Assembly: GCA_964585475.1 (NCBI GenBank)
Contig: CAZPDF010000004.1
Span: 23,169 to 87,168, forward strand
Direction of reading: 5' to 3'
Length of the DNA stretch: 64,000 bases
Source of the DNA: an uncultured Candidatus Saccharibacteria bacterium
GTDB lineage: Bacteria > Patescibacteriota > Minisyncoccia > Sungbacterales > HO2-52-23
A program made the translations under genes and the position numbers. The notes beneath the pieces were generated by a model. That model saw only the letters and a list, made by a program, of their open reading frames with translations, was not told where the DNA came from and did not search any database. Shown here in pieces: positions 1-9,600 of the stretch (position 1 is its first letter; every line of letters begins with the position of its first letter).

Positions 1-18
1 TTCGTTATGCTACATTCA

Positions 19-116
19 TCCCGCTAAAGATAAGAGGAAAACTGTGTCGGCCAGAATATTGCCAATGGCCGGAAGCGAAGAACCCCATCCTTATTTAATC
101 TAAATCTCTAACGGGA
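19..116. mobile_element. MITE-like element, TCCCGTTAGA...TCTAACGGGA family (degenerate left end)
   Basis: Ends tcccgctaaaga / tctctaacggga; flanked by ttca (15-18) and ctca (117-120), a near-identical 4-bp duplication. Confidence 0.55.
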
Positions 117-161
117 CTCATGCCAAGAGCAAATTTTACATCGGGTTTTACGTAAAGGCGA

Positions 162-1406
162 TTAGGCACGGAAAAAAGAGGATGGATTTTTGAGCTTCTT
201 TTCCGCCTTTTGCCAATCAAAGACTCCTCGGACGGCGCGCCTAGTGTCTCTTTCGCCTGCCGGGATGACTTCATTTTCCATTCCTATCTCATCCCCGTAA
301 TAAATTACCGGCCTGATGGGATATTTTTTGCAAACTTCGAAAAGAAGCGAAAAGGCCTTCTTTATCTTGGCCGGATTACCGCGAAATGCCGTTCCCAAGC
401 GCACGGACACTCCTTTGCCAAATCTAAAAACCCCGTCCGGATCCAAAGCGTAGAGAATCTCTTTTCTATCTTTTAAAGAAAGAGTGGCCAGCGAGAGATC
501 ATCGTGATTTCGCAAAAACCCAAGCCATTGACAATCTGCCGGTATTTTAGAAACTCTCTTGGCCATTTTCCAAAGCCGCTTTTCGTCGTTACGGAGGATG
601 GCCAGAAAAAGCTCCTCGGCCAGCGAAAAATTATAAACCAGTTGGCATTCGTCCCCTAGACCGAAATACGCTGCGGATTTTTCTAGGGATTCATGCACCT
701 CCGCCAGCAATGCGATATCTCCCGATTTTGAATCCGCGTATCTCCGTATGCGCTTTAAAACATCGTGCGTCTCGGGAAGACTTTCTGAATTCGTTCCTTC
801 TTTTTTTATAAGATGGGAAACCGCGTCCAGGCGAAAGGCCCGCACGCCTAAGCCCGTCCAAAAATCCAAAACTTTCATCATTTCGGAAAATACCTCCGGG
901 TTTTCCCAATTCAAATCGGCCTGCTCCGGATAAAACGTAGAGTAATAAAAATCTCCGCGCCCTTTATTCCGAACCCACACGCTTGGCTTGATTCCTGAAA
1001 ACGCGTTGGTTGAACCTTTTAATTCTTCGCCCGCCTGACTCCAAATATAAAAACCGCGCTTGGGATTTGACTCACCCGATCTTGCCTCCCTAAACCACGG
1101 GTGCTCTCGGGATGTATGGTTTAGCACAAAATCAATCATTACACTCATCCCCCGCGCTCGGGCATCTTTTGTAAAATTCTCAAAATCCTTGAGAGTCCCG
1201 AGTCCCGGCCTTATCCCGGTGTAATCAGAAACGTCGTAGCCGTCGTCCACCATCGGCGAAGGATAGTGAGGAAGAACGTGCACGCAAGTAATTCCTAATT
1301 CGGCGAGATAATCAAGGCGCCGGCGGAGGCCCTTAAAATCACCGGCGAATTTATCGGTATAAAGCTCATAAAACACCGCTTTTTCCCACCATTTGACGCT
1401 GGCCAT
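162..1406 (-). CDS. GH13 alpha-amylase family protein, trehalose synthase (TreS)-like
   Basis: WWEKAVFYE, DDGYDVSDY, LNHTS, FRLDAV, LLAE and FLRNHDDL catalytic motifs; appears to lack the C-terminal beta domain. Confidence 0.85.
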   Translation of the reverse strand: MASVKWWEKAVFYELYTDKFAGDFKGLRRRLDYLAELGITCVHVLPHYPSPMVDDGYDVSDYTGIRPGLGTLKDFENFTKDARARGMSVMIDFVLNHTSREHPWFREARSGESNPKRGFYIWSQAGEELKGSTNAFSGIKPSVWVRNKGRGDFYYSTFYPEQADLNWENPEVFSEMMKVLDFWTGLGVRAFRLDAVSHLIKKEGTNSESLPETHDVLKRIRRYADSKSGDIALLAEVHESLEKSAAYFGLGDECQLVYNFSLAEELFLAILRNDEKRLWKMAKRVSKIPADCQWLGFLRNHDDLSLATLSLKDRKEILYALDPDGVFRFGKGVSVRLGTAFRGNPAKIKKAFSLLFEVCKKYPIRPVIYYGDEIGMENEVIPAGERDTRRAVRGVFDWQKAEKKLKNPSSFFRA

Positions 1407-1426
1407 AGCTTATATTTTAGTATATC

Positions 1427-2965
1427 ATGATACCAATGGGTATTTTTAGCCCTGTGCCAAAATTAAAAATTCTTTTTGTGGCTCCGGAAGCGGCGCCCTT
1501 CGTTAAAGTCGGGGGTTTGGGAGAGGTTATGTTTGCCCTGCCCCGGGCCATAAGGAAACTCGGCTACGACGCGCGCCTTATGATTCCCCGGTACGCCGGA
1601 ATAGACCCGGAAAAATTCTTTTTGAAGATGGCGTACGAAGAATTGATGGTCCCCACTGACTCCCAAGAGCCGGGCCAGCCCAAGCATCTTATCTGTAACG
1701 TTAAAAAATATGAGTCGGATCCCCAAGACCGCCGCGCTCCGGTTACAACTTATTTTCTGGAAAACCGCGAGTACTACGAGCAGCGCGCGAACACTTACGG
1801 CTACGCCGACGACGCGGTCCGCTGGGCGCTTCTATCCCGAGGCGTTCTTGAATTTTTGGTCGCATCGCGCGAGTGGAAACCGGACGTGATTGTTGGCTCG
1901 GACTGGCAATCGGCCTTTCTATTAAATTATCTTCAAACAACTTACAAAAATTACGTCGGCTTAAACTCCATAGCCACGGTATTTTCCATCCACAATCTTT
2001 ACTACCAAGGCATGTTTAACCATAAATTCGTCTCGGAGATGGATTACGACTCCGGCCAGACGCCCCTTCCCGCCTTTTTTGATCCGCGCCTTTTGAAACT
2101 TAACATGATGCGGCGCGGCATAATGTATGCGGACGCCATCAACACCGTGTCTTCCTCCTACGCCCGTGAAATTATGACTCCCGAATACGGCGAGCTTTTG
2201 GATGACCTGATAAAGGAGCGGAGATCCGTGCTTTACGGAATTTTAAACGGCCTGGACTACGAACTTGTAAATCCCAAAACCGACCCGCAACTTTACGTAA
2301 ATTTTGATTCCAAAAGCATTGAAGAGCGCGCCCAAAATAAGCTGCATCTGCAGGATCGCTTCGGCCTGCCCAAAGACCCCAAAAAATTTGTAGTCGGCAT
2401 TGTTTCCCGGCTGGACGAACAAAAAGGGTTGAATCTGCTTTTCACTACCCTGGAACCCTTGCTTAAGCAGCTGGATTTCGAGCTTATCGTAGTCGGCTCC
2501 GGCGACAACCGCTTTATGTCGTTCTTTGACGAAATGGGGAAAAAATTTCCTAAGCAGGTGGCTGCCCACTTAAGTTTTGACGCAGTTCTCGCGCATACTG
2601 TTTTTGGAGGAGCGGATGCCATTTTGATCCCTTCCAAATTTGAGCCCTCCGGCCTTACCCAAATGGAAGCCATGAGGTACGGCGCGATTCCCATCGTAAG
2701 GCGCACCGGCGGACTGGCCGATACGGTCGAGGACTATGATCCTGAGAAAAATACCGGCACGGGTTTTGTTTTTAACGATTTTGAAGGACTCGCGCTGGTC
2801 ATTGCAATTACCCGGGCGTGCGAAACCTTCAAGCATAAAAATATCTGGTCAGGGCTTCAAAAACGCGCCATGGAAACGGATTTCTCCTGGGAGCAGTCCG
2901 CCAAAGAATACATAAAACTTTTCGAAAAAGCCGTGGATATTAAAAAAGGACATGTACTGGGCTAA
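1427..2965 (+). CDS. glgA: Glycogen synthase (GT5)
   Basis: KVGGLGEV (KxGGL), IHNLYYQG, SRLDEQKG, PSKFEPSGLTQMEAMRYG; start may be the ATG at 1436. Confidence 0.93.
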   Translation: MIPMGIFSPVPKLKILFVAPEAAPFVKVGGLGEVMFALPRAIRKLGYDARLMIPRYAGIDPEKFFLKMAYEELMVPTDSQEPGQPKHLICNVKKYESDPQDRRAPVTTYFLENREYYEQRANTYGYADDAVRWALLSRGVLEFLVASREWKPDVIVGSDWQSAFLLNYLQTTYKNYVGLNSIATVFSIHNLYYQGMFNHKFVSEMDYDSGQTPLPAFFDPRLLKLNMMRRGIMYADAINTVSSSYAREIMTPEYGELLDDLIKERRSVLYGILNGLDYELVNPKTDPQLYVNFDSKSIEERAQNKLHLQDRFGLPKDPKKFVVGIVSRLDEQKGLNLLFTTLEPLLKQLDFELIVVGSGDNRFMSFFDEMGKKFPKQVAAHLSFDAVLAHTVFGGADAILIPSKFEPSGLTQMEAMRYGAIPIVRRTGGLADTVEDYDPEKNTGTGFVFNDFEGLALVIAITRACETFKHKNIWSGLQKRAMETDFSWEQSAKEYIKLFEKAVDIKKGHVLG

Positions 2966-4307
2966 TTTTCTGCATTTCTATCAGCCGCCCACGCAAAAGC
3001 CGTTTTGGATACGAAAGATAACGGCCGAGGCCTACCGCCCCATCTTGGCAGGATTAAAAAAACAGGGCCGCACCAAAATCACACTCAACATCAACGGCGT
3101 CCTGCTTGAACATTTAGACCGCTGTGGCGAGCAAGACGTTATCGGCCTAATCAAGGACTTGCTGTCGTCCAGGCAAATCGAACTTACCGGAAGCGCCAAA
3201 TTCCATCCGCTGCTTCCTTTTTTGCCGGAGCAAGAAATAGTGCGGCAGATAAAATTAAACGAAGGCACTCTCCGAAAGTATCTCGGAGCTCTTTGGCGCC
3301 CTGAAGGATTCTTTCCTCCGGAGATGGGTTTGAACAAAAAAGTTGCGGAGATTGCCTGCAAATTGGGTTATAAATGGATAATAGCCGACGAACTTTCCAT
3401 GCCTTCCTCTTCCAGGCCCATAGATTATTCCCGGCTTTATAAAATCGCGGGGCTTGAGAATTTTTTTATTTACTTCAGGGAACGGCGCATGAGCTGGATG
3501 ATACTATCCGGCCAAGCAGGGACGGGAAAAATTCTGATCAAAAGCTTGGGGCCGCGTCTCAAGCGGCCTGAATATCTTCTTACCGCGATGGACGGCGAAA
3601 CTTTCGGGCACCATCGCCCCGGGTTGGAGCAGCTTCTCTTTGAAATGTACGAGGAAAAGGACATCCAAACTGTTTTCATTTCCGATCTGCCGGGCCTTTT
3701 TAAGAATGCCGCGGAAATAAATCCGGTTCCCTCCACTTGGGCGCTTATGGAAAAAGATTTGGAGCGCCAAAAGCCCTTTTCCAGATGGAAGGACGAAGAT
3801 AATAAAATTCACAAATTGCAATGGGAATTAACCGATTTAGCGTTGGAGGCCATTAAAAAAGCCGACGCCAAAAGCCCCTTCTTTGCGGAAGCGCGGCTGG
3901 CTCTTGACCGAGCCGTCCACTCCGACCAATATTGGTGGGCTTCGGCCCGGCCGTGGTGGTCAATGGAGATGATTGAAAAAGGCGCGAAAGAACTTTCTAG
4001 CGCGGTGCAAAAGATGCCGGGGGTTACCCAAAAGACCAAGGAGAAAGCGCGCGAGCTTTACAAATTAATAATATTTACGGCTTTCGACTGGCAGAGAGAG
4101 GGCGTGGTTGACGAACTTTCCAAAAAAGAGGATGAGGAAATAAGACAGCGGACCGATACCAGTTTTCCCAAGCTTCCTAAAAAAGAAATAGAAAAGATGA
4201 TTAAAAATTTGAGAGAGGAAATGAAACTGGTCGCAGAAAATCAGGAATTTGAGCGCGCCGCGCAAATACGCGACCGCATCGCCGAGCTTAGAAAATACGC
4301 GGAATAA
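2952..4307 (+). CDS. GH57 glycoside hydrolase with C-terminal UVR (UvrB/UvrC) coiled-coil motif
   Basis: LHFYQP, HPLLP, FFPPEM, AMDGETFGHH, HSDQYWW; tail EEMKLVAENQEFERAAQIRDRI. Confidence 0.85.
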   Translation: MYWANFLHFYQPPTQKPFWIRKITAEAYRPILAGLKKQGRTKITLNINGVLLEHLDRCGEQDVIGLIKDLLSSRQIELTGSAKFHPLLPFLPEQEIVRQIKLNEGTLRKYLGALWRPEGFFPPEMGLNKKVAEIACKLGYKWIIADELSMPSSSRPIDYSRLYKIAGLENFFIYFRERRMSWMILSGQAGTGKILIKSLGPRLKRPEYLLTAMDGETFGHHRPGLEQLLFEMYEEKDIQTVFISDLPGLFKNAAEINPVPSTWALMEKDLERQKPFSRWKDEDNKIHKLQWELTDLALEAIKKADAKSPFFAEARLALDRAVHSDQYWWASARPWWSMEMIEKGAKELSSAVQKMPGVTQKTKEKARELYKLIIFTAFDWQREGVVDELSKKEDEEIRQRTDTSFPKLPKKEIEKMIKNLREEMKLVAENQEFERAAQIRDRIAELRKYAE

Positions 4308-4415
4308 ACAAGATGGCTGGTACTGGTCTCTCGTTCTGGAACGCTCTTCCTTAATCTACGACTTGCTGAAACTCACAAAAGCCCGTCCCGACTATGGTTG
4401 TGGACGGGTTTTGGG

Positions 4416-4444
4416 TTGTAAACTAGAAATAATTATGCTATAAT
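4416..4444 (+). promoter_or_regulatory. sigma70 promoter, probably leaderless transcript
   Basis: TTGTAA-17 bp-TATAAT with extended TG; ATG 6 nt downstream. Confidence 0.6.
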
Positions 4445-4450
4445 TAAAAT

Positions 4451-4639
4451 ATGTATAATTGGTCTACCGATGAAAAGGAACTAAAAAAATATCCGGAAGA
4501 CTACAAAATATGGCGGCTTGAACAGCTGGCCAATTTCGGGCTTAACGGAGAAAAAATAAAGTTAGAGGATTTAAAAAAATATTGGGATAAAATAAAAATT
4601 GATCCGGCGCGCAGAAAATTTCTAAACGCAATTTTATGA
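4451..4639 (+). CDS. Small protein, probable antitoxin/partner of the AbiEii-type toxin
   Basis: 62 aa, ATGA overlap with the downstream nucleotidyltransferase; low GC. Confidence 0.65.
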   Translation: MYNWSTDEKELKKYPEDYKIWRLEQLANFGLNGEKIKLEDLKKYWDKIKIDPARRKFLNAIL

Positions 4640-5298
4640 ATATCGAGGTCCTAAGCCAATTGCAGAAAGATTTTCTTGAAAAAATTGGGCGAACCCCTTA
4701 TTTAAGAGACAATTTCTATCTTACCGGAGGCACCGCTCTTGCCGCTTTTTATTTAAAGCACCGTTATTCGGAGGATTTGGATTTTTTCAGCGAAAAGGAA
4801 GTTGATATGATCAATCTTAATGTGTCGGTGGCCAAGCTTAAAACATTTCCCGGAGTAGTTAAGACGGATTTTGAGCAAAGTTATAACCGAAATTTGATCT
4901 TTTTTCATTTCAAAGAAGTCGTTCTGAAAACCGAATTCACTTTTTTCCCTTTCCCAAGAATTGAAAAAGGGGAGGCGCAATACGGGCTCTATATTGATAG
5001 CCTTTTGGATATTGCCGTAAATAAGCTTTTTACGATTTACCAAAGAAGCGCTGCGAGAGATTATATTGATTTATATTTTATATGTAAAGATGATAAATTT
5101 GAAATTGCCGATTTAATTAAAAAAGCTAAAATAAAATTTGACTGGCACGTCGACCCTTTACAGTTAGGGACGCAATTTATTAAGTCGGCCGAAGCGAAAG
5201 ATTATCCCAGAATGATAATTGATATCAAACCGGAAGAATGGCAAAATTTTTTCCTGAAAAAGGCAAAAGAGTTAAGATCAGAGGTTTTAGAATTTTAA
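4636..5298 (+). CDS. AbiEii/AbiGii-family nucleotidyltransferase toxin
   Basis: LTGGTALAAFYLKHRYSEDLDFF, NKL..IYQR...RDYIDLY motifs. Confidence 0.88.
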   Translation: MNIEVLSQLQKDFLEKIGRTPYLRDNFYLTGGTALAAFYLKHRYSEDLDFFSEKEVDMINLNVSVAKLKTFPGVVKTDFEQSYNRNLIFFHFKEVVLKTEFTFFPFPRIEKGEAQYGLYIDSLLDIAVNKLFTIYQRSAARDYIDLYFICKDDKFEIADLIKKAKIKFDWHVDPLQLGTQFIKSAEAKDYPRMIIDIKPEEWQNFFLKKAKELRSEVLEF

Positions 5299-5349
5299 CA
5301 GTGCTGCATCAAAAACTTCGCAGTATGCAGAGTCGGTAGGGAATACGCC

Positions 5350-5378
5350 AAAAAGCCGCATGTGTATGCGGCTTTTTG
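5350..5378. terminator. Bidirectional intrinsic terminator
   Basis: aaaaagccgcat-gtgt-atgcggcttttt between convergent genes. Confidence 0.75.
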
Positions 5379-5400
5379 AACAATTAATTATAGGTGGCGG

Positions 5401-6474
5401 CTAGATTTTTCCGGAAAATTTTAGAAGCAGAGTCAAAATCTTTGCTTGCCAATTGAAAAAGATTAACGCCACCATAAACAATATCAGTAGCGATGCGTAT
5501 GCCGCATGCAGGAGATGCTGTTTTCTTACCTCAACCGCTACGGCAAGCAGGAATGAGGCGGAAACAACCGCTCCAAGCAGGAAATAAAGCATCCCGAGGA
5601 TCTTCCCGGGCGAGACAATAAGCCGTTCAATGAAAGAGGCATATCGCAAGACGGGCAAAGGAGAAACTAGCGGAGAAATCTCATTTTCAGCGCTCTCCAG
5701 AACTTTCATCACGATAAGCGATTCGTCTTCATAAACTTTTTTAATACCCTCCTTGAGATTCACGTTCACCCCGTTACTGCTTGCAGTAACGGGGCCCACC
5801 GCCTCTCCCGCAACCCGCAACTCTTCCGCCCCATTCGCTTTAGCTGGAATGGTCTCAACCACAGTTTTTGCCAACTCCGGAAGAGGATCCGCCGTTGTTT
5901 GGACAAAGGGAAGAAACGGATGGCCAAACATCTGGACCACAAATAATGTCTCTTTTCCCTGGTAATTACCTCGCGCAGCCGCAATGCCAATTTCGGTGAA
6001 TTTATAGCCCAAAATGTTTGCACGATGTCTAGGAGAATTGAGCCATGCCTTGTTCACCGCTCCGGAGTCCACGAAATCCACCGCCAGATTCTCCCCTGCC
6101 GCGGAAAATAGATATCCGGCCTCGCCAAACCAATGCCACGGCGTAAGGCCGTCCGGGCTAGTATGGGAGAAATATCCGTTTTTAGCCATGTCTTCTGCTT
6201 TGAGCAGGGCCGCTTTTTCAAGAAGCGAATTTATTTTAAGCGGCGCAAGACCGTTTTCCTCTCTGCTTTCATTTGTAAAATCAACCAAAACCCGAGGAAG
6301 AATCGCGGCGGTTAGATCCAACCGGCTCAAGAGAACGGACTGAAAACTCGTTCCGATAAGGAGCAGGACAGCAACAATTGAAAGCCGGAAAATGCTTGCC
6401 CTTCTTAGTAAATGCGGCTGGTATTCATTTGCTTCATGCGGAATAAAATATTTTCGCAGAATTCTCTTGTTCAT
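5401..6474 (-). CDS. CAP/SCP-domain membrane protein
   Basis: KAEDMAKNGYFSH, AGENLA, WLNSPRHRANIL, FTEIGIA; N- and C-terminal TM segments. Confidence 0.88.
   Translation of the reverse strand: MNKRILRKYFIPHEANEYQPHLLRRASIFRLSIVAVLLLIGTSFQSVLLSRLDLTAAILPRVLVDFTNESREENGLAPLKINSLLEKAALLKAEDMAKNGYFSHTSPDGLTPWHWFGEAGYLFSAAGENLAVDFVDSGAVNKAWLNSPRHRANILGYKFTEIGIAAARGNYQGKETLFVVQMFGHPFLPFVQTTADPLPELAKTVVETIPAKANGAEELRVAGEAVGPVTASSNGVNVNLKEGIKKVYEDESLIVMKVLESAENEISPLVSPLPVLRYASFIERLIVSPGKILGMLYFLLGAVVSASFLLAVAVEVRKQHLLHAAYASLLILFMVALIFFNWQAKILTLLLKFSGKI
5769..5794. repeat. 26-bp palindrome of the CCCCGTTA family, in-frame inside the CAP gene
   Basis: ccccgttactgc-tt-gcagtaacgggg preceded by ttca; encodes part of GPVTASSNGV. 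Confidence 0.7.
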
Positions 6475-6610
6475 TTTTTTATAATTATAGCATAAATTTA
6501 CCTGCCCGCCATAAGCCTGTCCTGTTAAGTTAAGATGGGGTTGGAAACTTCGTGAAGCATTAAAAGTTATCTTGGTTTCTGTGCAGGCCTAGGACAGGCA
6601 GGGACAAAAA

Positions 6611-6644
6611 CAATACCCCTCCGATTATAATCGGAGGGGTATTG
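6611..6644 (-). terminator. Intrinsic terminator
   Basis: caatacccctccgatt-at-aatcggaggggtattg, followed by a T-run on the minus strand. Confidence 0.75.
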
Positions 6645-6667
6645 TGGTAAAATCAGCATTTGACTAC

Positions 6668-9600
6668 TTAATTCGGTGAAGCAATGAGTGCCGCAAGTTC
6701 AGCTTCAAGTTCCGCAAGTCTTTTACGGATGAGGTCAATGAGTTTCAATTTTAATTCTGCAATCTTTACACGGATTTCTTGAATCAATTCCTCGCGACTC
6801 GCTGTAACACCCAACACCTGTCCGGATGAAGCGGGAGGAACAAATAAGGCTGTCCCGTCAGGCATATATAATGCCGTCCCTGATATAATCCCGCCGCCGC
6901 CTCCGCCACCACCGCCTCCACCGCCGCCTCCTCCTGAAGACGGCGCAGGTGTCGTAAAGGATTGCTCGCCGCCAACTGATTCCGGTGATGCCGAGGAGAT
7001 AGTGCGATAGAAGTAAGTGGTGCCCGCAGCAAGACCGCTCACGGAAACGCTGTGGTCCGTTACCTTCGGATCCTCGTCCAACGTCGCCGTGGAATTCGCG
7101 TACCCGTAGTTCGGCGCGGAATCAAGTACGGGGTGCGAAACGGTGTCGTAAATCACGCGACTCGTGCCCGGGAAATCCGTTGTCCACTGAATGGTCACCG
7201 ATGTTTGCTCCGCTTCTGTCGCCACCTCTTCGCTGATAACGAGCACTCGTTGATGATTGCCGAAATCAAGCGGATGATCATTTGCATCCGTATTCACATT
7301 TTGGCCACTTATTTCAATTTCAACAAATACATCAAAGAATGAGGCGCGATTGAGATCGGGAGAACTGTCAATGCGGTAAGTAATGTCAAAAAATGAATCT
7401 ACGACTGGGGCGGGATTGGTCGCGTTCCATCCATCGCTATTTCCCTCGAAAACTTTATATTCACCCGACTGTGTAACGGGCAGAGAATACGAACCATTTG
7501 CTCCGGTGAGTGACAAGGCAATAATTTCAATCGGAATCATTTCTTGTCCTTCTCTTTGCGGCATCACCTGTCCAAGCGCTATCGGCCATTCGGCAAGTCC
7601 GGGCTCACCTTCATCCCACACGCCATCATCATTAAGATCGTTCCATTTGTGTCCGGTAATAACCGGGTAATGGAAGTTTCCGAAGTTCAGCGGATTATTG
7701 CTGAGATCAGTCGTGATCGTTCGTCCTAATCTCGGTTGAAGCTCAACGAATACATCAAAGAATGAGTCAACAACCAATGGCGGTTGCTCTGGCAAACCAA
7801 TACGATAAGTAATGTCAAAAAATGAATCTACGACTGGGGCGGGATTGGTCGCGTTCCATCCATCGCTATTTCCCTCATATACTTTGTATTCGCCGGATTC
7901 TGTTACCGGAAGAACGAATTTTCCATCGGATCCGGTAAGCGAGAGTGCTACGATTTCGATGGGGACCTGTCCGTCTTCGTTTGCGGGCCCTGTTACCAGA
8001 CCGAGCGCTACATTCCAACCTGGGAGCGCTGGCTCTTCTTTATCCCATTCGCCATCGCCATCCAAATCTTCCCATTTGTAACCAACCAGTTCAGTGCTCG
8101 TGTCGGTATTCGTAAATGTACAGGTTACGGTATCGCCTTCTTCAACCGTCACCGTCTTGCCGTTTGGCGGTTCCGCAAATCCAACTGATTCATTGTCATA
8201 CTCACAAGAAATATCGGAAAGCTCCCAACCCTCCGGCACGGTTTCTGTAATCGTGTAATCTCCTACAGCGACATCAAGGGTTCGCTCGTCGCCTCCGGAA
8301 AGAGCGAAATCTTCATGATCCGTTAATGAGAAATTAAATGATTCTCCCGCATCGTCGGGGTTCGTTATTTTGCGGACAACAATATGCCCGCCGTTAAATC
8401 GGTTGTAAAGATACGTCTCCGTATCCCCCCTATCGTCGAAAAAATTTGTACCAAACCACACCAGCACCTGTCCCAAATCCCGGTTGACTACCCTTTCATA
8501 GTATCCGTCCACGTTTTCAAGCCGCCACCCCCCTCTTTCCTCTTCGTCAATGATGTGCCATTCGTCAGGAGATTGTAGAATCTCGGAGGAAAATACCGCC
8601 GCGCCGCGGAAATTGCTTGCTTCATCACTACTGGTTTCCTTACATTCTACTATTTCTCCCGTCGTAAAAGTATTTTCGCCATCTTCATCAAGCAGAGAAT
8701 CCCCATTTTCGTCAAGAACCGGCACCGCTTCATAGAGACAGACATCCCAGCCCGGGATAACATTTCCCGTATCGTCGTCATACTTATACACCACTACAAA
8801 TGACCGCCTATTGCCGAACAGAACTTCCTCGTTTTCTCCCGGACTTAGCTCAACCCCTTGCGAGGTCTCGGTCGTCGATATCCAGCCCTGCGGAGCTTCG
8901 CCTTCTGTACCTTCTCTAACGTCATACTCGCCCGCAGGAAGACCTGTCCATTCGACTATTCCGTTCGGGTCGGTATTTTTACACTGACCCTCCCAACCCT
9001 CGGGAAAGAAAAATGAAAACAAATTATCCAAAAAACGGTCTGCGAGATCATCGGGGTAAAGGCAAATGTTTATATTCTCCACCCCCGGCTCGCCGTCGTC
9101 CCACGCGCCATCGCCATCCTGATCGTTAAATTTCTGAACCGTAATCGTGCCAAACTTCGGGGTATTGCCGAAATCAAATGATTCGGTGCCGTTAATAACT
9201 TCTCCATTTTCAACGGTGACTTCCCACCCCCACGGAGCATAATCTTCATTTTCATCGCACTCTACTGCGCCTGACGTATTCTCGGTCGGGTAAGTTTGCG
9301 TCCAGTTTACTTCCGCCGTTTCACAAACGATAAAAGTGCCGTTTGAAAGATCGCTAAATTCATACGCATAATCCTCCCCGTTCGTATTCGCGGAATCTTC
9401 CTCGTCGCCATTCTCGTCAACTAACGAGATCTCCCAACCCGCGATACCCTGGTCGCCATCATCCCTCGCGCCGCCGTTGCCATTGACATCATAGAACTTG
9501 TAACCGGAGATTGTGTCGTGCGCTTCACCGTTTTCGTGCTGGTCCGCCAGTACAAAATTATTAGAAAATAAAACGGCGCCGAAAACAGCGACTGTTATAA

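Noticed and set aside
7377-7876. Repeat pair as DGR template/variable repeats
   Set aside because: The copies are identical with no adenine-specific mismatches, both are coding, and no reverse transcriptase is in the window.
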